From the NCBI GenBank assembly GCA_965116925.1, contig OZ220744.1, positions 5,632,001 to 5,696,000 of the forward strand: DNA of 64,000 bases, in the 5' to 3' direction. The notes under the pieces are model-generated. The model made no database searches. It was not told the DNA's origin and saw only the letters and a program-made list of their open reading frames with translations. Shown one piece after another: positions 17,514-26,449 of the stretch (positions within the stretch are counted from its first letter, which is position 1; the number at the start of each line of letters is the position of its first letter). The position numbers and the translations under genes were made by a program. Source of the DNA: Candidatus Poribacteria bacterium (GTDB lineage Bacteria; Poribacteria; WGA-4E; PCPOR2b).

Positions 17514-19256
17514 TCACCGCGCCTTCTCCTCTTTTCGCATCTTGGTAACAGTATCTGGTGAAGGTGTGGCAGACATTTCTATTCCATGCTCTCCACCATC
17601 CGGCATCTTTGGGGCAGGCATTCTCAATCGGGAGTGAAATTCATCGCCCACATATTCGCCGTTTATAGCCGATGCCTGACGCTGCATCTCACGAAACGAC
17701 TCATTCAGCATTGGTTCAAACTGATGGCTAGTGTTGACGATCTCATCCGGTATGCGATCTGATGACTCATGTTGTACTTCCCTTATCTCTATCGGAATCC
17801 CAGAATCATCATGGCTACTACGTCCCATATCGCTTCTTATATTTGCCGCCGGCACCTCCGCCATCGTATTTTCGATTGAGGTCATAGCGTCATAAACTCG
17901 CCACATCCCATTCTCTTGTCGCATCTTAATAAGGCTATATACGGTGTAGGTACACTTTGGCATTCCCTGATCTGTAATACTTGGTGGCTGTTTCAATCGG
18001 AAGTGAAATTCATCACCAACATATTCGCTGCTCACAAGCAATGCCTGCTTTCGTCCTTCACGGACTCTTTCCTCAATCGCCATTCGTTCAAACTGAGACA
18101 TAGTTTCGACAACCTCAGCCGGTGATTCATCTGACGTATCTATGGAATCCTCATCGTCAGGATCTTCATGGCCCTCGCGCCGATACTGCTCTGTCATTAA
18201 TGAGCCCATTGCCTTAAAATCAAGGTTCCGCCACGCCTCGAAGTAAGCGTACATCACATCTTCAGCGGACTGCCCTGTGCTTTCTGATGACGCAGATGTG
18301 CCGGTTGTGAACCCCCGCACTATGTCTAGATTAAATTCCCCGTCTGTTGTGAATTGTGACAGATCCGTTTCCTCAGGTTCACCGACGAAATCGTCAACTG
18401 GCTCTGTGCTTGCTGTGGACGCCATCGCAGCAATTTGCGGCAGATTGTTCCAGCTTGCTGTATCTTGAGCGGTATCAGTTGGGAATCTTTCGGGATTGTT
18501 TCGCAGGCGTGCCGTTCCATCCTCCCACGGCGACAAATACACACGCTCCTCGACTATAGGCGCGTTCATCTGGCGTAGCCCAATGAAACCGATCAAAACC
18601 AGCGCAATCAACCCTATCCCTCCAACCACCATTTTGGGGGTAGTTCCAACTTTTATGGCGGTTAGACCTCTCGTATAAAGTTTCTTCAGCGTCAGCCCGG
18701 GAGTGACGAACACACCGGTCAGAAGGTATCGCAATCGTTTGGAGAGTTGTTGCTTCGCACGTGACAGCCGAAACGAAATCGCCTTGTCTGACAACCCGTG
18801 TGTGCTCGTCAGTTCATTGTAGCTTGCACCCTCAAAGTAGAAAGCACGGGCGATGTCCCTATCCTTTTGCGGAAGTGCCTCCATTGCCCGGCGGATTAGT
18901 TCTCTCTGTTCCTGTCGGGTCAATTGTTCATCAGGCGGGTCTTGTGTCTGTAGTACCCCTTCATCCACGTCATCAAGGGGTACAGTGTTGATCCTTCGTT
19001 TTCGGACCCATTGTCGTGCACAATTTCGCGCAATCTCCGCCAGCCAGCTTTTGAACTTTACCGCATCCTCAAGCTGCCTCAGTCCTCGATAGGCGTTGAG
19101 GAAGGTGTCTTGTATCACCTCTTCGACATCATGGGAATTGTCCACGATTCTTATAACAATCGTATAGACAAAGGGGTAATATTCCCGCATCAGGTCGGTG
19201 AAAGCCCCCTCATCTCCAGCTTGAACGCGATAAATGAGCGTATTGTCATTAGCCAT
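17514..19256 (-). CDS. ECF sigma-TM-extracytoplasmic domain fusion, copy 5 (partially duplicated C-terminal domain)
   Basis: Start MANDNTL by alignment; EYVGDEFH motif occurs twice. Confidence 0.85.
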   Translation of the reverse strand: MANDNTLIYRVQAGDEGAFTDLMREYYPFVYTIVIRIVDNSHDVEEVIQDTFLNAYRGLRQLEDAVKFKSWLAEIARNCARQWVRKRRINTVPLDDVDEGVLQTQDPPDEQLTRQEQRELIRRAMEALPQKDRDIARAFYFEGASYNELTSTHGLSDKAISFRLSRAKQQLSKRLRYLLTGVFVTPGLTLKKLYTRGLTAIKVGTTPKMVVGGIGLIALVLIGFIGLRQMNAPIVEERVYLSPWEDGTARLRNNPERFPTDTAQDTASWNNLPQIAAMASTASTEPVDDFVGEPEETDLSQFTTDGEFNLDIVRGFTTGTSASSESTGQSAEDVMYAYFEAWRNLDFKAMGSLMTEQYRREGHEDPDDEDSIDTSDESPAEVVETMSQFERMAIEERVREGRKQALLVSSEYVGDEFHFRLKQPPSITDQGMPKCTYTVYSLIKMRQENGMWRVYDAMTSIENTMAEVPAANIRSDMGRSSHDDSGIPIEIREVQHESSDRIPDEIVNTSHQFEPMLNESFREMQRQASAINGEYVGDEFHSRLRMPAPKMPDGGEHGIEMSATPSPDTVTKMRKEEKAR

Positions 19257-19284
19257 GGACTCTCGTTCCTCCCAACATTTTATC

Positions 19285-19313
19285 AAGATACAGTCCCGAG
19301 ATCTGTCTGGCAC
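19285..19313 (-). promoter_or_regulatory. Putative ECF promoter variant GTGCCA-N16-GTATCTT
   Basis: Conserved position upstream of sigma copy 5. Confidence 0.55.
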
Positions 19314-19353
19314 TTTATGTGAACATCTCATCAGATTGAAAGGTTCGTCCGGC

Positions 19354-19382
19354 ATTATATCCACTTGTCAAATCCGCGTCAA
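19354..19382 (-). promoter_or_regulatory. sigma70-type promoter for sigma copy 5
   Basis: TTGACG-N17-TATAAT. Confidence 0.75.
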
Positions 19383-19457
19383 GCAAATTATAGTGAAACT
19401 GGAAGCGGAAAAGCGTGGATCCGGACCTCGGCAACGCCGTTCTTTCAATAGTGGAGG

Positions 19458-20492
19458 CTATCGGTCAATCTGTTTGAGCCAACCCCACATTGTGAATTGT
19501 TTGCCGGTGGGAGAAACCGAAAAAGGAGAGTTCAACCAGACAGGATCGCCGTCACGATGCAGATTATTGGTGAGTTTTTGAGGATTAGCCCCATTATTGT
19601 CCATCACGTAGATTTCACTGTTTCCATTCCCATCCCTCTCCGACATGAAGGCAATGCGTTCACCGTCCGGAGACCATGAGGGCGAACTGTCATCACCGCG
19701 ATTATTGGTCAGTTTTTGTTGATTCCCACCATCGACGTCCATCACGTAGATTTCAAAGTTTTCAAAGTCACCCTTCCTATCAGATGCGTAGACAATCCGT
19801 TCACCGTCAGGAGACCAGGAGGGAAACCAGTCAGTTTGACGATTTTCAGTAAGTCTCTGTTGATTACCTCCATCGACATCCATTACATAGATTTCAGTAG
19901 TGATTCCAGCTTTGCCTCTAAAGTGCCCAGGCCTCTCAGATACAAAGACGATCCGTTTGCCATCGGGGGACCAAGAGGGATACCTGTCGTCACTGGGATT
20001 GTTAGTCAGGTTTTGAAGATTCCCACCATCGGCGTCCATCACGTAGATTTCATAAGTAGGAGCAAAATCTATAATGTGCCCATCCCTCATAGACATGAAG
20101 ACGATCTGTGTGCCGTCAGGAGACCAGGAGGGGCCCCTGTCATCAGCGGGATTTTCAGTGAGTCTTTGCGGATTCTTCCCATCGGCGTCCATCACGTAGA
20201 TTTCATAAGTAAACCAACCGGGTACAAAGTGAGGGTGGCCATCTCTATCCGACACGAAGACAATCCGTTTACCGTCCGGAGACCAGGAGGGATCCCAGTC
20301 CTTAGCGGGATTATTGGTGAGTCTTCGCTGATTCTTCCCATCAACATCCATCACATAAATTTCAGGGTTGCCATCCCTCTGAGACACGAAGGCAATCTGC
20401 GCTTGTGAATTGACGACTACCATCAGCAGCGTTAGAACCATGATTACAACACCAGTTAAAATCAAATGGGCGAGATTATATCTTCGGTGCAT
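19458..20492 (-). CDS. Secreted PD40/TolB-like beta-propeller protein
   Basis: Start MHRRYNL after GAGGA RBS; WSPDG repeats; tail FSVSPTGKQFTMWGWLK. Confidence 0.88.
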   Translation of the reverse strand: MHRRYNLAHLILTGVVIMVLTLLMVVVNSQAQIAFVSQRDGNPEIYVMDVDGKNQRRLTNNPAKDWDPSWSPDGKRIVFVSDRDGHPHFVPGWFTYEIYVMDADGKNPQRLTENPADDRGPSWSPDGTQIVFMSMRDGHIIDFAPTYEIYVMDADGGNLQNLTNNPSDDRYPSWSPDGKRIVFVSERPGHFRGKAGITTEIYVMDVDGGNQQRLTENRQTDWFPSWSPDGERIVYASDRKGDFENFEIYVMDVDGGNQQKLTNNRGDDSSPSWSPDGERIAFMSERDGNGNSEIYVMDNNGANPQKLTNNLHRDGDPVWLNSPFSVSPTGKQFTMWGWLKQIDR

Positions 20493-20525
20493 CTGTCTTT
20501 CCTCCTCTGTTCTCAAATCATTTTT

Positions 20526-20657
20526 GGCTCATGTAAAAAGAAAGTGCAAAATATGAACGAAATCGTAGGGGCGGGGTTGCCCCGCCCGCAATAAGGGTTG
20601 GGTGACCCAACCCCTACGAAAACTCGGTCGCTGTTGCCCGCTTTCTTAACGGGACCC
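20526..20657. mobile_element. MITE-like element (GGCTCATG TIR family, 132 bp) with REP doublet
   Basis: TSD TCATTTTT / TCGTTTTT; near-inverted copy of 22128-22259. Confidence 0.75.
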
Positions 20658-20700
20658 TCGTTTTTTTTATCCTTAAACACTGTTCTCTCAATAATGACAG

Positions 20701-21699
20701 TTATCGGTCAACCCGCTTGAGCCAGCCCCACCTCGTGAGTATCTTACCTGTCGGAGCAACTGAAAGAACGGGGTTAGACCATGCAGGAACAGTGTCATCA
20801 TCGGGATGATTGGTCAGGTTTCGAGGATTATTCCCATCGGTGTTTATCACGAAGATTTCATGGTTCCCATCATTCTCCCTATCAGACACGAAGACAATCT
20901 GTTTACCGTCCGGAGACCAGGAGGGGTTCCAATCCCTAAAGGGATTTTGAGTCACTCTTTGCTGATTGCCTCCATCGGCGTCCATCACATAGATATCCCG
21001 GTTTCCCCCTGGCCCATTCCTAAAGGAATCAAAGGCAATGCGCTTACCGTCTGGAGACCATGACGGATTTTGATCATGCTTGGCATTATTGGTGAGGTTC
21101 TGCTTATTACCCCCATCGGCATCCATCACGAAGATCTCAAAGTTCCCACCCTCAACGGAATTAAAGGCAATCCGTTGACCGTCGGGAGACCATGACGGAT
21201 CGCTCTCATCAGAAAAAGGATCGTTGGAGAGGTTTTGCACATTACCCCCATCGGCATCCATCACATAGATTTGCCAAACTCCACCCGCAACGTTCCAGTG
21301 CTCACTAGAAGTAAAGACAATCCGTTGACCGTCGGGAGACCATGACGGTTCCCATTCAGAAAAGTCACTGTTAGTGAGTTTTTGCTTATTCCCCCCATCG
21401 GCGTCCATCACGAAGATTTGCCGGTTCTCATCCCTAGCTCCTTCTCCAGCCCTACTGGTAACAAAGGCAATCCGTTGACCGTCCGGTGACCATGTGGGTT
21501 CCGATTCATCCAAGGGATTGTTAGTGAGTCTTCGCAGATTCCCCCCATCGGTGTCTATCACATAGATTTCCAAGTTCCAATCCCTATCAGACACGAAGGC
21601 AATCTGTGCCTGTGCGTCAACGCATACCATCAGCAGCGTTAGACCCAAGACTACCATGCTAGTTAAAATCAAATATCCGGGATTATATCTCCGTCGCAT
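20701..21699 (-). CDS. Secreted PD40/TolB-like beta-propeller protein
   Basis: Start MRRRYNP after GAGGA RBS; tail LSVAPTGKILTRWGWLK. Confidence 0.88.
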   Translation of the reverse strand: MRRRYNPGYLILTSMVVLGLTLLMVCVDAQAQIAFVSDRDWNLEIYVIDTDGGNLRRLTNNPLDESEPTWSPDGQRIAFVTSRAGEGARDENRQIFVMDADGGNKQKLTNSDFSEWEPSWSPDGQRIVFTSSEHWNVAGGVWQIYVMDADGGNVQNLSNDPFSDESDPSWSPDGQRIAFNSVEGGNFEIFVMDADGGNKQNLTNNAKHDQNPSWSPDGKRIAFDSFRNGPGGNRDIYVMDADGGNQQRVTQNPFRDWNPSWSPDGKQIVFVSDRENDGNHEIFVINTDGNNPRNLTNHPDDDTVPAWSNPVLSVAPTGKILTRWGWLKRVDR

Positions 21700-21974
21700 C
21701 TGTCTTTCCTCCTCTGTTTTCAAATCAGTTTTTGATCCTTTGAGTTGATAGTGGTCAACTGGTGTTGGCAATCTCCTTCAAATTATAGTAGATTTTAGAA
21801 TTAATTGGACGCTATGAACGAGCACGGCAGAAACCTGTTGGCACGGTTACGGCACACGGTATACGCTTCCGATGTAAAGGGCAATCTGCCATAAGTAGCG
21901 CAAACTGTTAGTTTGCGGCTTGGGATCACAATCTAACAGATTGTGGTACAAAAAACTATCTACTTTTAATGTCT

Positions 21975-22113
21975 TAGGACTTACGCAGTTGAATGGTCAA
22001 ACCCTTGTAGTTCGGTGATTCATCGCCCGTCCCCCCCTCTATCCCCCGCAAGCAGGGGGAGGGAAGAACGCGCAATGAATTGCGCTACTACAAACTGAAG
22101 TGCGTAACTCCTA
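21975..22113. mobile_element. MITE-like element, TAGGACTTACGCA TIR, with REP cargo
   Basis: TAGGACTTACGCA ... TGCGTAACTCCTA; 5-bp TSD TGTCT at 21970-21974 and 22114-22118. Confidence 0.75.
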
Positions 22114-22127
22114 TGTCTATTTATTTT

Positions 22128-22259
22128 GGCTCATGTTAAGAAAGCGTGCAACAGCAACCGAGTTTTCGTAGGGGTTGGGTCACCCAACCCTTACTGCGGG
22201 CGGGGAAACCCCGCCCCTACGATTTCGTTCATATTTTGCACTTTCTTTTTACATGAGCC
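22128..22259. mobile_element. MITE-like element (GGCTCATG TIR family, 132 bp) with REP doublet
   Basis: GGCTCATGT...ACATGAGCC; 8-bp TSD TTTATTTT. Confidence 0.85.
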
Positions 22260-22377
22260 TTTATTTTTAGAATTCACTATAAACGGACAATTCGGTTTAT
22301 TATCGCATGAAGTCTTCAGCCCTTCCTTGGCGTTTATGACCCAACCTCAACGAACACTGTTTTCTCAATAATCCCAC

Positions 22378-23379
22378 TCATCGGTTGACCTGTTTGAGCC
22401 ACCCCCACATTGTAAGCTTTTTGCCCACGGGAGAGACCGAAAAAGGTGAATTCAACCATGCAGGACTAACGTCATCATGGGGATTATTGGTGAGTCTTTG
22501 CGGATTCTTCCCATCGGCGTCCATCACGTAGATTTCAGGGTTCCCATCCCTCCAAGACACGAAGGCAATGCGTTTACTGTCAGGAGACCATGTGGGCTGC
22601 AGATCAGAACGGCGATTTTCAGTGAGTTTTTGTTGATTCCCTCCATCGGCATCCATCACGTAGATTTCAGGGTTTTCAAAATCCCCCTTCCTATCAGCCT
22701 CAAAGGCAATCCGTTCTCCGTCGGGAGACCATGAGGGATAGAAGTCATTCTGGCGGTTTTCAGTCAGTCTCTGTTCATTCTGCCCATCAGCAGCCATCAC
22801 GTAGATTTCATAAGTGATTAGAAACTTGCTTTTAAAGTGCCCAGGCCTCTGGGACACAAAGACAATGCGTTGACTATCGGGAGCCCATGAAGGATACCTG
22901 TCATCATTGGGATCGTTAGTGAGGTTTTGAGGATTCTTCCCATCAGCGTCCATCACGTAGATTTCAAAAGTGGGTGCAGCGTCTACAATGTGCCCATCCC
23001 GCAAAGTCATGAAGGCAATCCGTTTACCGTCGGGAGCCCATACGGGATACCAGTCCTCATTGGGATTATTGGTGAGTCTACGTGGATTCTCTCCATCGGC
23101 ATCCATCACGTAGATTTCACGGTTCCCATCTCGTTCGGAAACAAAGACAATGCGCTTGCCATCGGGGGACCATGAGGGCCACCAGTCATTATCGCGATTA
23201 TCGGTGAGTCTTTGTTGATTCTTCCCATCAATGTCCATCACGTAGATTTCATCGTTCCCATCCCTATCAGACACAAAGGCAATCTGTGCCTGTGTATCAA
23301 CACATACCACCAGCGGCGTTACACCTAGGACTGCTACGATAGCTAAAATCAAATGTGTGGGACTGTATTTCTGTCGCAT
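22378..23379 (-). CDS. Secreted PD40/TolB-like beta-propeller protein
   Basis: W(S/A)PD repeats; tail [17 protein letters not shown]. Confidence 0.88.
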   Translation of the reverse strand: MRQKYSPTHLILAIVAVLGVTPLVVCVDTQAQIAFVSDRDGNDEIYVMDIDGKNQQRLTDNRDNDWWPSWSPDGKRIVFVSERDGNREIYVMDADGENPRRLTNNPNEDWYPVWAPDGKRIAFMTLRDGHIVDAAPTFEIYVMDADGKNPQNLTNDPNDDRYPSWAPDSQRIVFVSQRPGHFKSKFLITYEIYVMAADGQNEQRLTENRQNDFYPSWSPDGERIAFEADRKGDFENPEIYVMDADGGNQQKLTENRRSDLQPTWSPDSKRIAFVSWRDGNPEIYVMDADGKNPQRLTNNPHDDVSPAWLNSPFSVSPVGKKLTMWGWLKQVNR

Positions 23380-23404
23380 CTGTCTTTCCTCCCCAGACTT
23401 TATT

Positions 23405-23434
23405 AAGATACAATTCTGAGATTTTTTCTAGCAC
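23405..23434 (-). promoter_or_regulatory. Putative ECF promoter GTGCTA-N17-GTATCTT
   Basis: Directly upstream of the PD40 gene starting at 23379. Confidence 0.7.
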
Positions 23435-23537
23435 TTTTTTCGTTTTTAAGGAAAAAATATGACTTCCTGTTGGAACGCTCCCTAAATCCACACTATCCTA
23501 AGAGGTATTTTGCCTCTTTCTTCGCGGAGTAAGCAAT

Positions 23538-23568
23538 AAAAAAGGCGAATGGAATGAACCATTCGCCT
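23538..23568 (-). terminator. Array terminator copy 6
   Basis: AGGCGAATGG...CCATTCGCCT + T-run. Confidence 0.85.
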
Positions 23569-23596
23569 TGTGAACTCTTGGGGATAGGATTATAAA

Positions 23597-25033
23597 CTAG
23601 CGGTGAAACATCTCTGACAACTCTGCCTGCGCCCTGTCTGAATCGAACACACTGTCATAAATTCGCCACGCGCCCTCCTCTTTTCGCATCTTAATAAGCC
23701 TCTCTTCGGACGGAAAAACCACTGTTTCCCCCTGATCTGAAATATCCGGTATCTCCGATGCCGGCGTTCTGAATCGGAAGTGAAATTCATCGCCGACATA
23801 CTTGTTACTCACAACCTCAGCTTGACTTCGCCTTTTTTGGCTTAACTGCTCTAACAACGGTTCAAGCTGCCTACTCTTTTCTTCTACATCTTCCACATCT
23901 GGCTGTCCGCCTACTGTCGCCACACCGATTACTGTTGTCTCATCAAGACCACTATGTCCGATATCCTCTGCGAATAATGGGCGCATTGCCTTATAGTCAA
24001 AGTTTCGCCATGCTTCTACATAAGCGTCCATCACATCTTCAGCAGACTGATTTGTGCTTTCTGATGACACAGATGTGTCAGCAGTGAAATCTTGCTCTGT
24101 ATCTAGCTCAAATTCCGCTTCCGTTGCGAATTGCGCCATATCCGTTTCGTCGAGTTCAGCGAAGAAATCGTCAATTGGCTCCATTCCTGCTGCAGATTCT
24201 GCCGGAGCAGTTTGTGGCTGAGTGTCTCCGCTTTCCGCATCTTGAGTGGTGTCAGCTAGGAGTTCTTCAGTGCTGTTTCGTGGACGTGCAGTGCCATCCT
24301 CCCACGGCGACAAATACACCCGCTCCTCAACTGTGGGCGCATTCATCTGACGGACTCCGATATAACCGATGAAAATCAGTCCAATCAGTGCTATCGCGCT
24401 TACTGTTATTTTAGGTGCCATTCCAACCTTCATGGCAGCTAGACCTCCCGAATAGATTTTTTTGAGTGTTAATCCGGGAGGAACAAAGATGCCAGTCAGC
24501 AGATATTGCAACCGTTTGGAGAGTTGTCGCCTCGCACGCGATAGCCGGAACGAAATCGCCTTATCTGACAGTCCGTGCGTGCTAGTCAACTCGTTGTAAC
24601 TTGCACCTTCCAGATAGAATGCGCGGACAATATCCCTGTCTTTCTGCGGAAGTGTCTCCATTATACGGCGAATCAGCTCGCTCTGTTCCTGTCGCGTCAA
24701 TCGCTCATCAGGTGAATCTTCCATTTGAAGCAGGTGTTCACTCACTTCGTCGATAGACACGGTATCGCCTCTCTGTTTACGGAGCCAGTTTCGCGCCCGA
24801 TTTCGCGCTATCTCTGCCAACCAGCTTTTGAATTTCGCGTTATCCTCAAGCTGTTTCAAACCTCGATAGGCACTGAGAAAGGTATCTTGCACAACCTCTT
24901 CGGCGTCATGGGAATTTTTCACGATTCCGATTACGATTGCATAAACATAGGCGTGGTATGACCGCATCAGGGCAGCAAACGCTTGTTCATCGCCAGCTTG
25001 GGCGTGATGGATGAGTGTATTCTCCTTAGCCAT
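23597..25033 (-). CDS. ECF sigma-TM-extracytoplasmic domain fusion, copy 6
   Basis: Paralog. Confidence 0.88.
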   Translation of the reverse strand: MAKENTLIHHAQAGDEQAFAALMRSYHAYVYAIVIGIVKNSHDAEEVVQDTFLSAYRGLKQLEDNAKFKSWLAEIARNRARNWLRKQRGDTVSIDEVSEHLLQMEDSPDERLTRQEQSELIRRIMETLPQKDRDIVRAFYLEGASYNELTSTHGLSDKAISFRLSRARRQLSKRLQYLLTGIFVPPGLTLKKIYSGGLAAMKVGMAPKITVSAIALIGLIFIGYIGVRQMNAPTVEERVYLSPWEDGTARPRNSTEELLADTTQDAESGDTQPQTAPAESAAGMEPIDDFFAELDETDMAQFATEAEFELDTEQDFTADTSVSSESTNQSAEDVMDAYVEAWRNFDYKAMRPLFAEDIGHSGLDETTVIGVATVGGQPDVEDVEEKSRQLEPLLEQLSQKRRSQAEVVSNKYVGDEFHFRFRTPASEIPDISDQGETVVFPSEERLIKMRKEEGAWRIYDSVFDSDRAQAELSEMFHR

Positions 25034-25062
25034 GGCTCTTCGTTCCTCCCTTACACCCTACC

Positions 25063-25092
25063 AAGACACAGTTTCGAGATTTTTTCTAGCAC
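25063..25092 (-). promoter_or_regulatory. Putative ECF promoter GTGCTA-N17-GTGTCTT
   Basis: Upstream of sigma copy 6; nearly identical to 4079-4108. Confidence 0.7.
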
Positions 25093-25141
25093 TTTTTTAT
25101 TTTAAGAAACATTTTACCCGTTTCTTCACAAAGCAAGCAAT

Positions 25142-25172
25142 AAAAAAGGCGAATGGAGGGGACCATTCGCCT
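25142..25172 (-). terminator. Array terminator copy 7
   Basis: AGGCGAATGG...CCATTCGCCT + T-run. Confidence 0.85.
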
Positions 25173-25216
25173 AATTCTAAAGAGGTCTTCTATTCCATAA
25201 TTGGTGTTTCAAATTG

Positions 25217-26296
25217 TCACTGCCTCCCCAATTTTATGCGTCCCCAAAGGGTAGTTTGATTATCTGATACCTCCACCGATAAAGAGCGGTCAGGAATGAC
25301 CCACGTCGGGTTAGTGTCCGCCCGCGGATCCCCAGTGAGCTGTTTCTGATTATCCCCGTTGGCATCCATGACATAAATATCTGAACGCTTCCCGACCCGA
25401 AATGCGTGGTAAGCTATCCACCTACCATCGGGAGACCATGCAGGCGCCTGGTCTTCCCATGGGTGGCGGGTTAGGTTGACGACATTCGCTCCATCAGGGT
25501 TCATCGCATAGATATCGTCCTGCTCCCCTTCCCGATTGGAATGAAACGCTATCTTTGTCCCATCGGGAGACCATGTGGGTGCAGCGTCGCGGGCGGGGTG
25601 GTTGGTCAAATTGATTTGGTTGTTCCCATTTGCGTCCATCACATAGATTTCCCCGTTTCCATCCCGATTGGAAAAGAATACGATTTTTGAGCCATCAGGA
25701 GACCAAGAACCGACCTCATCTACTCCTGGCGACTGTGTTAAGTTCTTCAACTGATTGCCCTCAATATCCATGACACAAACATCCGTCATACCATCTGGTG
25801 ACCCGTCAGTGCTGGTGAGAGCTAACCACTTCCCATCCGGGGACCATTTTGGCGATAGGTACGTTTGACCGCCAAACTGTTCGGTTATGCTTTTGTGCTG
25901 TTTCGGAGGATCAATAATTGCTACTTGGACTGCCCGATTTTCAAATTTCGGACCTAAATGATTCTTCAGCACTTCAGGAAGAAGAACAGGAGTCTCCAAA
26001 TATATATGAGCACGATGTTGGTCCTGCAGGTGGAAGGCAATATATTTGCCATCAAGGGACCAGGCGATTGGACCATATTTGAAGGTACTAGCCCTCCAAC
26101 TTTCTTCATTTAATCCATCCGCATCAATCACATAAACTACTATCTCATCCTCAAAAGGGTGGCGCTTCCGATCGGATACAAACACAATGGTGCCGGTCCG
26201 CTCGTCGGCAAAAGCCTGTTCGGTAAACAGAATCCATGTAAATAAAGGTATCATGACACCAAGAATCCTCCGGGACACTGAGAGTTGCTTCAACAT
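25217..26296 (-). CDS. Secreted PD40/TolB-like beta-propeller protein (subtype of 5877..6951)
   Basis: Start MLKQLS after GGAGG; WSPDG repeats; tail LSVEVSDNQTTLWGRIK. Confidence 0.85.
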   Translation of the reverse strand: MLKQLSVSRRILGVMIPLFTWILFTEQAFADERTGTIVFVSDRKRHPFEDEIVVYVIDADGLNEESWRASTFKYGPIAWSLDGKYIAFHLQDQHRAHIYLETPVLLPEVLKNHLGPKFENRAVQVAIIDPPKQHKSITEQFGGQTYLSPKWSPDGKWLALTSTDGSPDGMTDVCVMDIEGNQLKNLTQSPGVDEVGSWSPDGSKIVFFSNRDGNGEIYVMDANGNNQINLTNHPARDAAPTWSPDGTKIAFHSNREGEQDDIYAMNPDGANVVNLTRHPWEDQAPAWSPDGRWIAYHAFRVGKRSDIYVMDANGDNQKQLTGDPRADTNPTWVIPDRSLSVEVSDNQTTLWGRIKLGRQ

Positions 26297-26449
26297 GTGT
26301 AATCCTCCTTGCATTCGTTTGGTAATCATGTGTGACCGAATTCCGTCGGGACAGTAACGAACGGCGTCCCCCATATCCTCAATAAGCCCCTCGCTGCACA
26401 TGAGCTCATCGACACCTTAGCCCAGATTTGTTCTTCACCAATATCTACC

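Noticed and set aside
17514..17516. TGA in sigma copy 5 as selenocysteine
   Set aside because: It aligns with an Arg (CGA) in paralogs, not Cys; a nonsense mutation is the simpler explanation.
10093..23175. Many similar plus-strand ORFs (…IGVHHVDF…AVRRP…)
   Set aside because: Antisense shadows of the repetitive PD40 genes, not independent genes.
2524..25172. Recurring ~30-bp palindrome as a CRISPR repeat
   Set aside because: Copies are kilobases apart, follow stop codons and have T-tails, so they are terminators; no cas genes seen.
2583..26296. Diversity-generating retroelement behind the paralog variation
   Set aside because: No reverse transcriptase in the window and no TR/VR pair with adenine-only differences noticed; variation includes indels and all bases.
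10090..26296. Calling the propellers tolB
   Set aside because: They lack the TolB N-terminal domain and the tolQRA/pal context.
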